A DNA stretch of 64,000 nt. Source: Lepidodermella squamata. Its lineage: Eukaryota; Animalia; Gastrotricha. Below the pieces are notes generated by a model that made no database searches, had not been told where the DNA came from, and saw nothing but the letters and a program-made list of their open reading frames with translations. Each line of letters starts with the position of its first letter. Position 1 is the first letter of the stretch. The translations under genes and the position numbers were made by a program. The stretch is from NCBI GenBank assembly GCA_047495785.1, contig JBLDXI010000016.1, positions 496,001 through 560,000 of the forward strand. The letters are read 5' to 3'. This document shows positions 25,557 through 38,076 of the stretch, one piece after another.

Positions 25557-26517
25557 ACCTAAGGTTTTGGCTGCAAATTAATCAATTGATTAATTACTTC
25601 GAAGATGGAAGTGTGCTAAATGACTGAGCTTCGTGTGTGTTGTGTCAGGCGAAGTTGAATGCATCCAACGGCCACGTCAGAGCAGCTGGAACAATCTTCG
25701 ATCCAAGCGATAACAAGATGCTATAACAACACGGATCAACGAGGGGGAACTCCAACGCAGTCAAAAATGCTTCGTCAATCATACTTGCATCCTCCAAGGT
25801 GCGAGCATTTGACAAACAGTTATGATTAATTCTTCTTCTTTTCCCATTTACATACGACATTCGAGAAATATCGCGAATATTGCTACATTGTTTCAGCTGC
25901 CATTTTGTAGGTGAAAATTAAGTCGCTGTAAGTCATTTCAGAACATGCGACATCTCAGCATTCGCTATTCCATCAAATGTTACTTTCCTTGTGAGAGATT
26001 CACGTGCAACTATTTCTGCTTTACCTTTAGACCGCTTTACCTATTCAGCTGCGAAAAACCAAACCCAAGCTTGCTCGATAAGACGAAAAAATGTTCACTG
26101 AGAGAAATTGATTACTGGTCAGATAATGAACGCATTAAAAAATTACTGCATATATTCCTGTTTTCAGATCTGATATTCAGGTGTTTGCAGCGATTAAGTG
26201 GAAATAAATCGTGCGAAAGTGATGTAGGAAGCTGGCGCCATTGCCGCGTAAAAATAGCGCGATTACAAGCACGGGTTATCAGCAAAGGTCGGAGTCAAAC
26301 CACTGTTTTTCCGAAGAAAAAATGACCCGAGTCGCAACAGGTGTGAGACAAGTTCGGCGCATGAACTGCGTTTCGCTGTTGTTAATTGCTGCGCGGATTT
26401 GCCTGAGAAAAAGTAGGCGTGAATTCGGATGGCAGGCACACGATAATACAAATACATTGCTTGATGCATTCCACGTCTTAACTAACGCTCATTTCAAGTT
26501 TGAAGCAATATTGCTGA

Positions 26518-28582
26518 ATGGCTATGAAGTTTTGTAGCAACATCTTATTGATTGTAGTGGCCGTAGGGTTGCTACTTGTGCACAGCCTGCCAACGACCGA
26601 AGCGTGGCGGGACGATGAGGTCTCAACAATAGACGACTTTTGGTGGTGGTTGTACACCACTTCTGAGCCCGTCACAGAAGCCGTCACAGAACCCTTCACA
26701 GAATCCGAAACAGAGCACCCTTGGTGGTGGGTGACGGAAGGACCCACCACAGAAGCCGTTACAGAACCCGTCACGGAAGCACCCACCACAGAAGCCGTCA
26801 CAGAACCCGTCACGGAAGCACCCACCACAGAAGCCGTTACAGAACCCGTCACGGAAGCACCCACCACAGAAGCCGTTACAGAACCCGTCACGGAAGCACC
26901 CACCACAGAAGCCGTTACAGAACCCGTCACGGAAGCACCCACCACAGAAGCCGTCACAGAACCCGTCACGGAAGCACCCACCACAGAACCCGTTACAGAA
27001 CCCGTCACGGAAGTACCCACCACAGAAGCCGTCACAGAACCCGTCACGGAAGCACCCACCACAGAAGCCGTCACAGAACCCGTCACGGAAGCACCCACCA
27101 CAGAAGCCGTCACAGAAGCCGAAACAGAGCACCCTTGGTGGTGGGTCACGGAAGGACCCACCACAGAAGCCGTAACAGAACCTGAAACAGAAGCACCTAC
27201 CACAGAAATAGCAACTGAACTGCCTACGACAGCTGCGTCCTGGAACCCAGTTACGGAGCAAGAAACCACGATCGAGCCAGAAAGCCCAACAACTGTGCCG
27301 TCGGCCGCTTCCTGTGACAACTTCCGCCTCGCGTCATCTCGCTCCATCTCGGTGATGGGCCACGAACCCCTGGTTTTCTATGGCGACTGTTTCCGTTCTC
27401 TTTGCGAAGCCACAATCGAGTGTACATTCAACGATGCGAAGCAGGGCAGCGTCCGCGTTTCCGGTCTCTCTTTATATTTTCACATTCTTTAGTTCTTTGC
27501 AAGCCAGTCGCATTTAGGCGTGTTAAATAAGGCGGTGGTATTTTAATTTTTAATTTTGTATCATTTTGAAGGTCTCGTGGAAGCGCCGCTCTTCTCCCCA
27601 CCGCGGGCCATCTGTTATGCGCCCTATCTGTACACGCTCGGCGACATGACTGTTGAGGTGAAGCTGCACTCGCCCAGCAGCCAGCAGCCTATCGATCTGC
27701 CGAAGGTCACGGTCACAGTCGAGCAATCTCGCCCGGTTGTCAACATGCAAATTATCGCTTCCGACAGAGTTACGCTCGTATATCCCGATCTGACGTCAAT
27801 TGCGCTGACCAGCGACATGAATGCTGTCGACGTCGCCTTCGTGTGGTTCAACCCGGAGTTCAGGACTTTCGAAGACAAGGAATCCTACGGATTCACCCAG
27901 TTCAAGTATGCTCCGTATAAAAACATTGAAGTTTCCCCGCCTGATCTCGCGTCACTCGGCATCAAGAAGGCGCTGCTCGCCTCGACCTTCGTTGCATTCG
28001 CCATCCGGCCAAAGCGACTCAGCCACGGCGGCCCCCATCCGTTCTACCCGAAAGCCGAGGTCTTCACACCCTTCGTGCCAGCCATGCATCTCTACCCTGA
28101 ACTGCGCAGCCTCAAGGCATCTGTTTGCCAGGCCTGGTATCAATGGACACCCAAGGTAAGACATGGCTTCTATATCTCGGGATCGATTGAGCCGTATTGC
28201 ATTATAGATCAATGCTCCGCTGAACTGCAGCAGCTCGAAGTCGTCGATTGACCGAAACTTCACCGGCAAATCATCGCTGCTGTACTCGAGCACTTACTCA
28301 CGAGCCACGCTCGGCAGCCAGGCCACCAATCCTCGCTACGAAACCGCGTCTCCGCAGGGTTACCACGGCTACGGTCAGGAATGCTACTACTACAGCGACA
28401 GCGGGCTGCTGGTGACCGACTGGCGCAAGGGCGCCGGTTCTGCACAGCTGCAGAGCACGTTCAAGGACGAGCGCGAGCACTACTTCGAGGACGAAGTGTC
28501 GTGGTACGCGTGCTGCCACGGCGAGGAAGCAGGTTCGTCGTGCGAAAAGTACTACAAAGCCCGCAAGGTCTTTGCACGTTAA
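26518..28582 (+). CDS. Secreted acidic mucin-repeat protein with SUSD2/MUC4-like (IPT-like + AMOP) C-terminus
   Basis: Exons 26518-27463, 27572-28155, 28208-28582. Signal peptide, T/E/P-rich repeats, and AMOP-like motifs CQAWY..GQECYY..G.L..HYFEDEVSWYACC..CEKYYKAR. No TM segment. Confidence 0.85.
26743..27205 (+). repeat. 39-bp coding tandem repeat (PTTEAVTEPVTEA), about 11 units
   Basis: Directly visible; interrupted and bounded by a duplicated HPWWWVTEG block. Confidence 0.95.
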
Positions 28583-29577
28583 TAAGCATGGAACTGCAAG
28601 GGAAAAGGAAGGACAGTTGTTTATTGTAACCTCAGTAATCAATTTTAATCAACTGAGAGAAGGCATAATAAATAAATTGACTTATTCTTGGCAAATCATT
28701 GAGTAACGAGTTTTTTTAATACATTGCTTCATTTGGCTCCAGCCATGATTCTCTACCTCCGTAAAATTAAAGTAAAATTAGAGGATGCTTTTGCTTAAAA
28801 AAGCTAAAGCTTTCGCCGAGCCTGCGACGTCGACTCTGACGAGGATTGGACGAGGATATCAGAATATGTTATCCGAAAAAAGCAAATATATCACAAATAA
28901 AAATACGACTCAAATACTGTGATAAAGCCGATATTATTTCAAATTTATGAATGTTTGGCCGTCATTCTACTTCGCGCGTTTTAAGACAGGCCACTTGCTT
29001 ACCGTTTGCAATAGTGAAAAAATACTGCCAAAAAGAGTAAATTTGCTTATTGCCGTAAGAAATTGGATAAGTACTGTGACAAAGACATTTAGCAGCCATA
29101 CTCAAAATTCATCTGTAGATTTGAAATTCGGCCTTGAGCCGTGAGTTGCAGCCTCATACAGAAATTCCTAGTGATATCAAACTATGATGTGCACCCGAAT
29201 TCGACGCATTATTCATTTACAAAAACACCGCAGCCCGCAGCTGAAACGATGCCGACATTTCTTGATATCACGCAAAACACGTGGGTAGTGGGGATGAAGT
29301 CATAATATTTTGAAAAATTATACTCGGTTAGTTGGGTATGTATGTAGAATGCAAGCATATGCTTGGCGCATTATTCACTACGTTGAAATTCCCCGGCGTT
29401 GAGCGTTGGCGTTAGAGCATGTTTTGATCGCCGGGCGCAACGATCGTTCCAGCTGCTCCCACGTGGCCGTCGAGTGCTTCGCTTCAAAACAGACTTACCA
29501 ACCATAGTCATTCAGCTTTCTTTCATTTTCGAAGTAATTACTTATATTCCTTTTTTGCCATAGCCAAACGCTTCAGT

Positions 29578-29922
29578 ATGTTCTTCAAAGCTGCACTGGT
29601 CTTCGTAATGCTCATCGCTATTGCTTCATCTGCTGGTATGTTTTTCTCGAGTTGAAGTTCGAAGATTTAAATTGACAATATTCAATTCATTAATATAGTT
29701 TTCACGAAAACGGATAAGGATTGTAGCAGCGGATCGTCGATTGTTGAGATGCCTATTTATGGATTCACCACTGCGCAATGCCAGGCTCGTTGTGCGGCTA
29801 ACATCAAATGCAAGGCGTTTTCGATGTATTATCGTCGGGGAACCACCTGCACTTTATACGACAGATGCACGTCGAAGAATGTCAATTCTGCATCCGCATG
29901 GGAATACTACGTGCTGCAGTGA
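29578..29922 (+). CDS. Small secreted single PAN/apple-like domain protein (about 93 aa)
   Basis: Exons 29578-29635 and 29699-29922; signal peptide; C..CQARCAANIKCKAFSMY..CTLY..C six-Cys pattern; downstream AATAAA. Confidence 0.8.
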
Positions 29923-30301
29923 AAAGACAGGACGCTGCTGCTTACGATATTGGCGGAGGAGAGAATTTCGGTTGCCCGTCAAGTGATAATTAAGAATAAA
30001 TAAACTGTGAACGTTGCCCTCTGTCTTCGCTAAATCAATGAAAAAATGAAAATACCGAGGTGTTCCCTGCCACTGGAACCACGAGACATTTAAATAAAAG
30101 AATTAAGCTAAAATTCCCTAAGGAGTACAAGTTACTACTAAATCAAGGTAAACTCGCCCGGTCTCGCGGAAACCGGCATTTGATATCCCGAGAAGTAATC
30201 TATATTTCTGTTCTTATCAATTATTTTCCAAAAATTCAACAGGAGTTCAAAGTAGGAAAAACCCAAAAAGTGGCCAAATTTAGGGCCCAGTGCTCTGCTG
30301 T

Positions 30302-30434
30302 CAGTGTGCGAAGTAGGATCCTGGAACTGAGGTGTTTTCCGGCACCCAGCCGAAGAAACCAAAATGTCCCTTCTTTTTTTAGATTCCCGGAGCTGGGGTG
30401 CCGCGACACCACAGAACCCCAGTACTTCGCACAA
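30302..30434. mobile_element. Short TIR element (hAT-like ends), second copy at about 56225-56385
   Basis: TIR gtgcgaagta / tacttcgcac; shared internal acccagccgaagaa and cccggagctggggtg. Confidence 0.75.
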
Positions 30435-31375
30435 AGTTCAATATGAAAAAATGCTGCTGGAGGTTGGATTTTATTTTCAGCAATTCATGGACAATGACTT
30501 CCAAGCTCGCTCCAAGAATTAAAATTTGGACTACCATGATGCGAGCTTTTCGGGCCATCGAAAACCTGCTTCATTTTCGACTTGATAACGAATTAACGAA
30601 CGATTAGATTTTTTACTAGTATAGTGAATTCATAGCACCATTTCTCTCGTGAGCATAGACAGTGATGTAGAGATGTACTGTCTATAATGTTTTCGTATGG
30701 TCGGGATTTTGTTATTGACGTGCGCCTCATTAGTCAAATCAGAGAAAATTTGCAGGGGCGGTTTTACCTGATATCTTCATCTTTCTGAAGTTTCGCGAAT
30801 TCAAAATTCGGAAAGCAATCGCGGTCATAGGGCAATTGTATGCTCTATTGAAATATCACCCAAATTGTAATTCATTGTCAATCAACGCAGACAGGCGTGT
30901 CACTCAAGGTTGAATGACTGCTGGTCACGCCGCCGCTCGTGTAATTGTCGGACAGGGCGAAAAGCCGAGGATGCGCATGTGAGGCTGCTTTTCCCAGTAC
31001 AAACATTCTAAGTTTAACTTTTAAGTAGACGTTAACCTCTAATAGAGACAATTACCATGGACTCAGAATGTACGCGCCGATCACCATTGAATTTGTTCCG
31101 TCGAATGCATTCCGCAATGCTTAATTTCGCAATATAGGATCAGTGCTGATTACGCTGTCCAAGATGTAAAAAGCGATTAAGACACACTCAGAATGATGAG
31201 GGTGATTATCTAGTTAGGGATCAATTGACAGTGATTGATTGCATTTGAACTGAAACAAACAACCAACCGCCGCATCGGACCTTTATATATACCCGTTTAA
31301 CGAGCATACTAGGTGAAGTTCTATCAACTCGCTAAAGTTGCAGATTCACTTTCATAGTTCAATTCAAGTTCGAAA

Positions 31376-32350
31376 ATGCAAGTTACTTTACTATTTATAC
31401 TGATCGCGGTTACTGGCTTTGTGATGGCCGATGCCAATGATAAGCACGTTGAAACTCAAAATAGAATGGCAGGTAATAAGCAGAGAGCAGAGATTTTTTG
31501 TAATTCGTTTTTCTATGTTACAGAATTCATTCATGTGTTATAAAGTTTTGTTCCCTTGAACTCCTGCTTTTTAAGAATTTAAGGAATATTTTTGAATTTT
31601 GAGCTTTACCGCTTCATTCGCGCAAGCAATGAATGAACAAAATATTTGACTAATTTTCTGTGCGACATTTCAGAAGGCGCCAATTTGGCAGAATTTTTCC
31701 CATCTTTTTCAGCAACAAAATGAAATGCGACATCTCAGCGAAATCAGATTGGAAGCATTCCATTAACTTTGAAAGCTAATGTAAGCAACAAAGCCTGTGA
31801 TGCTTGGGCAATTGAGATTTCGCTGAGATGTCGCATTTCATTTTGTTGCTGAAAAAAAATGCAAAAATTGTGCTAAATTGGCGCCTTCTGAAATGTCGCA
31901 CAGCAAATTAGTCAAATATTTTCTGGTTCACTAATTTGTTGTAGAGCGTGAAGCCGTGGAATTTCCATTTGAAAAAGCATCGGATTACATTTTTCAATTT
32001 TAATGTAACATTTTACTATAATCTCTTCGATTTTGACTTCGAATTCGATTTTTCTATTTCTATTTTCAATTGTTTTTCCAGAGCGATTTTGGAGGCTATG
32101 GCTAAGGCATCAGTACGAAGAAGCTTTCGAGCAACTAAGGCAAATGGTTGTATACCAAAAAACGATATCGAAACAGCGATGCCGTGACGCTATCCCCAAC
32201 GATGAAAACGCCCTGTGCCGCAATATTTCACCGCAGCCGTTCAGCTTTTGGCGCAAGCGCATGGCGCTGGAAATCATGTCGCCCGATCGGCGGCTCGCTG
32301 CAATCGTTCGAGCCATCACCGACTCTGGAACGGCTCTACGGCAAGGATGA
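31376..32350 (+). CDS. Secreted SPDRR-family orphan protein, copy 3
   Basis: Exons 31376-31472 and 32082-32350; ERFWRLWLRHQY..C..LCRNISPQPFSFW..IMSPDRR. Confidence 0.9.
31634..31930. mobile_element. Foldback MITE with arms of about 110 bp in the intron of SPDRR copy 3
   Basis: aaaatatttgactaatttt..gcgacatctcagcgaaatc is mirrored by gatttcgctgagatgtcgc..attagtcaaatatttt. Confidence 0.9.
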
Positions 32351-34191
32351 AATCGACACGCATGACCGATTTTCAGCAAACATTTCATTGAGACAATTTT
32401 TCGAGAGAATTTTTTCCGGTTGAACGAGTGACCAGTTTTCATTTCTATCGAGAATGAATCGTGACTGTTCCCACCGACTTTAAGCAAATAACGCTAATAA
32501 AATTCGAAGAAAATAGTGATTGGTGACCTATTTGTTTAAAAAACGAAATACGAGGTTAATATTGATCGAAAAATTTAAGAAATCCAATCGATCGTGACTG
32601 CGATCCCACCGAGCTATATACCGCAAATAAAATTCGAAGAAATTTTTATATGTGACCTATTAATTTTAACTAAACGAAAATTCCTACTCAACACCTAGCT
32701 TGTGATTGAATTTGAGAAAATTCGAAGAAATCAAAGGAAAAAACCGAAAATTGTTCGAATGAATCCGAAATTTCGTCCATGTGAGAATTCTAAAACGGAA
32801 AAGATATATCAGGGGCTCGTGAAAGTTTGGAAAGTTTGAAATTGCTTTCCTCGCTCTTGCTTTCGATCTCCCTAGAATCTGGGAGCATCGCCTAGATCAT
32901 AGAAAAAAACATGATTATTCTGGTAGCGTTGCGCGTATAATTTCTTTGCGCGTATAATTTCTTTGCGCGCTGTTGCGCTGAAAAATATTGGCATATTTTG
33001 CAATTGCATTAATACTGTTCCCACGCGGCGCTATTTTTCATTTGGCTAATTACGACGTTCCGCTTTTGCGTGATGCGAAATCGCCACAGAATATGCGGCG
33101 ACTCCAAAAAGTCACATCGCATCAAATTTCAAGTTTTGCGTGGCCTCTGATATCAAAATATGACACTTGTTCCTCGCCGTTTCTTTTTATGGTAGCCAAC
33201 ATGCTTTCGATATCAAAATGCAAAACAAACAGTTAATAACCTGATTTTTCTTGAAAAAGCTCGAAATTTCGATAGATGATGGGATTAATTTTCTAGCTTT
33301 TTTCAGTATTAAGTATATCTTTTTTTATAATATTTAAGTTATAATTTTATAATTTTATAATTTTTTTAAGTTGCTTGTATTTTCTGATTTTTTTATAATA
33401 TTGTTTGACAATTTTTCAGAGTTATTGTTCGCCCTCATCTATCATTCTATATGTTATCGTAGCCGTAAATAATTTTACAAAAATTACAACTGCAAATTTA
33501 TTCAATATTGATATTAATTTGAATTGCCTATAATTTAAGGTGGCAGCCTATTTTTCCATTTTCCAGTCTATTTTCGCATTAATTTGACGGACTGGGAAAA
33601 AACTGAAAAATCAACGCGATTTGCCGCACTTGCTATTTGTCTATGCAAATTGGTCAAATTATCACGGCGTCTCCAAGTTTTCAGTGCTAAATAGCTAAAT
33701 ATTGTCGTACTCTTACTATATATACTTGGTTGTTATTTCTATTGCAAATCATAGTTTCCATATTATTCAAGCAGCGGTTTATCATCGCCAGAATTTATCG
33801 CAATGGGCAGCAGCAGCGGCATTTACACGCCGAATAACTGGACCGGTTCACTTGGTAAGTGAAATGCTCGCATACAAACAGTGCCTAGATACAAATTAGC
33901 GCGCCAAAAACTACGACGACGGGTGACTAAACGCAAAAATATATGTATCACGCCATATAAGCATTGTGCTTAGTTATCGCAGAGTAGCCTCGCAGCAGTT
34001 AAAATTCAAATTTTACAATATATTATAGTAATTTCTGTTTGATTTTTCTCGTTTCAAAGGATCGTCGCCTGCTGTCAGCAAAGCTACAATTTGGGCTATG
34101 AGAATCGCCCAAGGTGAGCGATAATTTTTCACATTTTTATTCCCATTTTCACATTTGAATGAAAACCGACCCTGACCTTGCTGCGAGAGTC

Positions 34192-34387
34192 ATATCGTTA
34201 GCAACGTTGAATAACTCGGATTTAGGCTTGTTTACAACCGTTTCAAGGTGACGGGAGACAAGTAAAAAGTGGAGTTTTTTTAACGTGAATGAAGAGGCGA
34301 AACAAAATACTTTTTAGTTGTCACCTCTAACCTTGAAACACTTGTAAACAAGCCTAAATCCGAGTTATTCAACGTTGCTAACGATAT
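34192..34387. mobile_element. Foldback MITE, probable TA target site (Tc1/mariner-type)
   Basis: Perfect inverted arm of about 45 bp (atatcgttagcaacgttgaataactcggatttaggcttgtttacaa) that extends further with mismatches. Confidence 0.85.
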
Positions 34388-35187
34388 ATCGTTCTTTTTT
34401 CAAATTATTCTAAAATATGGAATATTGGGGAACTCGAAAAGTTGCATTCTTTGGATAAACGTTAAATTAGAACTTTCTGAAGGTTTTTCAATAAATTAGA
34501 ATTCATAGGCGGGAACTTAATTATGTAAACATTGAGAAAGGTCAGCCTGAACTTTGAAAGCTACAAATTTATTTCAAGACTGGTATGGGAGAAATAAGCG
34601 GAACCTAATTTTAGATGAGCCAAAGGTCGCATTTTCGAATATTTCTACGAAATTGAGGCAATATTTTAATTCTATAGTGGAGAACCGTCTTGAACAGAAT
34701 TTTACGCTGAATTCAAATAAAATTATACCGACCAATCATGACATCTTTGAAAGTTTCGTAAAGTATATAGGCTTAGTCCCATTGAAAATTGAAAAATTTG
34801 CTTTCGCTGAAAATAAGACCCGAAAAGCTTGTCTCAGAATTTGCACGACCATTTCAAGAAAATTCAACCATTTTTTTCTTAAATAATCCTACCTAGAGAA
34901 TAATTCATTCTTTACCCGCGATTTAACCGAATAGTCAAATTAACAAGGAATTAACAAAAATACAGGAAAAAAACCTGGAAAACCCCGATTTTAACTGGTT
35001 CGGTAATTTTCGGTCAATTCCTCTGAATTTGCCTCCAAATTTCTCAGAGTGAATTATTTGACAACTATTCTCTTGATTTATTGAATTTTTCTAGAATTTC
35101 TGGCCATGAGAGTTTCTGAACCCTTTCCCGTGAATTATTTTTGCTTGCGTTACTTCTCAGACACGACGTGTTTGGACAAACATTGGG

Positions 35188-37151
35188 ATGGGCATGATTC
35201 TTAACGGCAAGTAATCTAGTTGAATTTTTTTAAATTTTATCTCGGCAATTTGTTACAGCCTATTTAATGCAAAGTGCTTCTAATTACCCCGAATATAAAA
35301 ATAAGGTTGCATTTTTTTACTATTTTCCCAATATTCTTGCCATTATTAGGCTATAGAATCATGCGATTGATGTTAGTTCCCAAATATCTTCTTCATTTCG
35401 TCAACATCTCGTCACTTCAGACTAACTTGAAATGGGACATTCTTGAATTACAATCACGCTCGAGTCGCGTGTTTACTTCGCGCAGGGTCTATTCAAGATT
35501 CGAGAGGCCTTATAATTAATGACTTATCATTACTACGCGCGCGCGCGCTTTTTTTCTCCGCGCGCGTGATTTAACGAGCTAGTCGCGCACACTCACACAC
35601 ATTTATGCTGCAATCGTGAATCGCACAAAAACTGCTCTGATTGATTTATACATTCAAAATCGTCCCTATACGGCTGCGTATATGCATAAAAGAGGCTGCG
35701 AGGACATCGCGCGGCGAAATCATCATCGCGATATTATAACTGCATGCATTGTATCAATAGGCCGCGCTCGCAAGTGACACAAAATAAATAATAGAAATAT
35801 TATTAATATTACTAGCTATATACGCGATGTATGCGGGCTAAATTGTGCGCGATAAAAAAAATCTCGGCGACATTCATTCTCGATATAACTATTCTACTTA
35901 TTCATGTCATTATTTATGCGGAACTCGCCATAGTCTTCGGAATTTCCTTCGAATATTTATCACTTACGAATTCTATGAAATTTCGAATGAAAAAGCAGTA
36001 AATGCGGATTTTACTGTTGAAATCGATAACTGCTTGGCTGTGTTACAACTCGATTTTCATCTTTCTCGCTTTTTCAGTTGTGTCGCTGCTTTTCATCATC
36101 GAAGCTAAAACGAGCAGCGGAAACAGCGAGCAATTTGAAGGTAAGACTTCAGAAATACTTATTTAGGCGATTTTCTTTGATTTTTTAAATATTTCCGGGC
36201 TTATCAAAAAATTCCGAATGATTCTTAAAGATTTTGACTTGATAATACATTGCAGAAAATATTTTTTCAGTATTTTATTCAATTTTTTTAAATTACAGCC
36301 GAAAACTGTCTATTACTGTGGGAGCAAAATAAAAATGAGGTTATATCGCCATTTCTTGAAAATTCGAATTTTACTGCTCATGAACGATGCAGAAGCGATA
36401 TTTGATAGGATTGTTTTAGTTTATATAATAGCCTTATTTTTTCAGTGGAAAATCGAACTTCAAGACTTTCTGAACAGAGATCCTTGAATCTTGTCTATAG
36501 TCTATAGGGATCCTAGTCACCAGACTTCTGGTTAAGTCGGGTTTCTGAATATCAGTCAAGTTCAAAATGCTTCCATCTGTTTCTAGCCATAGCTTATTGT
36601 ATTATAGGTATCAAAAATACAGTATTTAGAAATTGTGAAGAATCGGAAAAATGAGGCTTAAATTTAGAGCTGGAACCCTAAATTTTGTAGTGAAAAAATC
36701 CAGGTCCATTGATAGTTGATAGGCATGTGTTTGCTATTAACTTTTATTTCCCTGTTTCATTTTAGATGATATACGATGTCACGAATGCTTCGATTTCGCC
36801 ACAAATAGCACATGCTCAGATCCTTTTTTACAACATTTCATCGACGAAACCGGCCCGTTGCCGCGCCACTGTGAGGCTAAGCGCGGGGCGTGCCTGAAAA
36901 TCTACCGCTTCATCGACGGCGAGGCGTACATCCAACGAACGTGCTCTGTCAAACTGCAATTCAAGCTACCATTCGCTGATTCATGCCACGCCGAGTCGTC
37001 GCGAAACGGCGGCTTCTTGTGCCAGTGCCCGAGCGACTGGTGCAACGAAGCTCCGCCCATTTTGACCTCGCTGACAACAGTGCAACTTCTCATTTCAGCA
37101 TTCAGCTCGACGCTAGTTTATTCACATCACCATTTGCTTCAAGTTACTTAA
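35188..37151 (+). CDS. Ly6/uPAR three-finger (quiver/sleepless-like) protein, probably GPI-anchored
   Basis: Exons 35188-35206 (inferred, GC donor), 36078-36140, 36766-37151. Pattern IRCHEC..C.DPF..C..ACLKI..IQRTC..C..LCQC..DWCN followed by a hydrophobic tail. Confidence 0.85.
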
Positions 37152-38076
37152 TCCACGTATTTTAAGTTCGCTGTTTTGTTTTCTAATAAATACACCTGAG
37201 GAGGCGAGAAAGGTTCTTAGCATGGATCATCTTTATTTCAGTTTTCCATAGGAGACTCAAAAATGAGAGAACCCGATGTTTTAGAATTCTAGCATCTTGC
37301 CCCTAGTCAGTAAGAATCACAGAAAGTCGCATTCTACGAGAGATGATCTCCAGGGGAGCAGAGATCGTAAATTCCCAAATACTAGTCCACCTCTTTGTCG
37401 GCATTTTGGTGTTCTTTGTAGTGCCGCCTGGGCTTGTATTTGGGAATTTACCTTGGAGGAATAGACATGGAGTGATGACTCGCCTATTATAGAGATCATA
37501 TCGCGCGCACGACGGGGGGCCCGCCGCCTGCCTCACTCGCGCGCGCAAGATGAGGAAACGACAGCACGTTGGTACCATTTTCTTCGCCATTCTTTATGAT
37601 ATTGAGTTGGGCTTTGGAATGAAGGTAATAGACAATGTGACGCATCCCTACATCTAAAAATTACTTCATTCTGACCCAGGACTGTGGAGCAAATGTGAAA
37701 ATACGCGCGCCTGTGATTTCAATGCTGCCGCGCAATGCAAAAACTTGTGGTACCGTTTATTTCTCAACGGTAAATCATACCTTCATAAAATTTGGTATAG
37801 TTATAGATAATCATTAACTCTATCCCTACATCAAAAAACGGTGTCAATGCGATGCACGGTTCCGGAGAAATAACGCGTTGATGTTTAAAAAATGTGTGCG
37901 CGCCCAAGGTCACGATGCAGCGAGAACAATGCGGGCGCCCCACTGCGCCACTCACCCTTTGCTGACTGATAGCGGGCGCTGATAAAGCGAGTCATCACTC
38001 CATGTACTATTACTCCAAGGAATTTACGGTAGGAATTTTGAGACCGATTGAAATTGAGGCGGAACTAAGTGTTCAA

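Noticed and set aside
26743-27205. CRISPR-like periodicity
   Set aside because: The units are contiguous with no unique spacers, the repeat is coding, no cas genes are present, and the context is eukaryotic.
26478-27347. Long antisense and alternate-frame ORFs (289 aa SVT-rich, 212 aa GFC-rich, 154 aa HRS-rich)
   Set aside because: They are shadows of the stop-free 39-bp repeat. Only the + frame has a signal peptide and splices to the AMOP exons.
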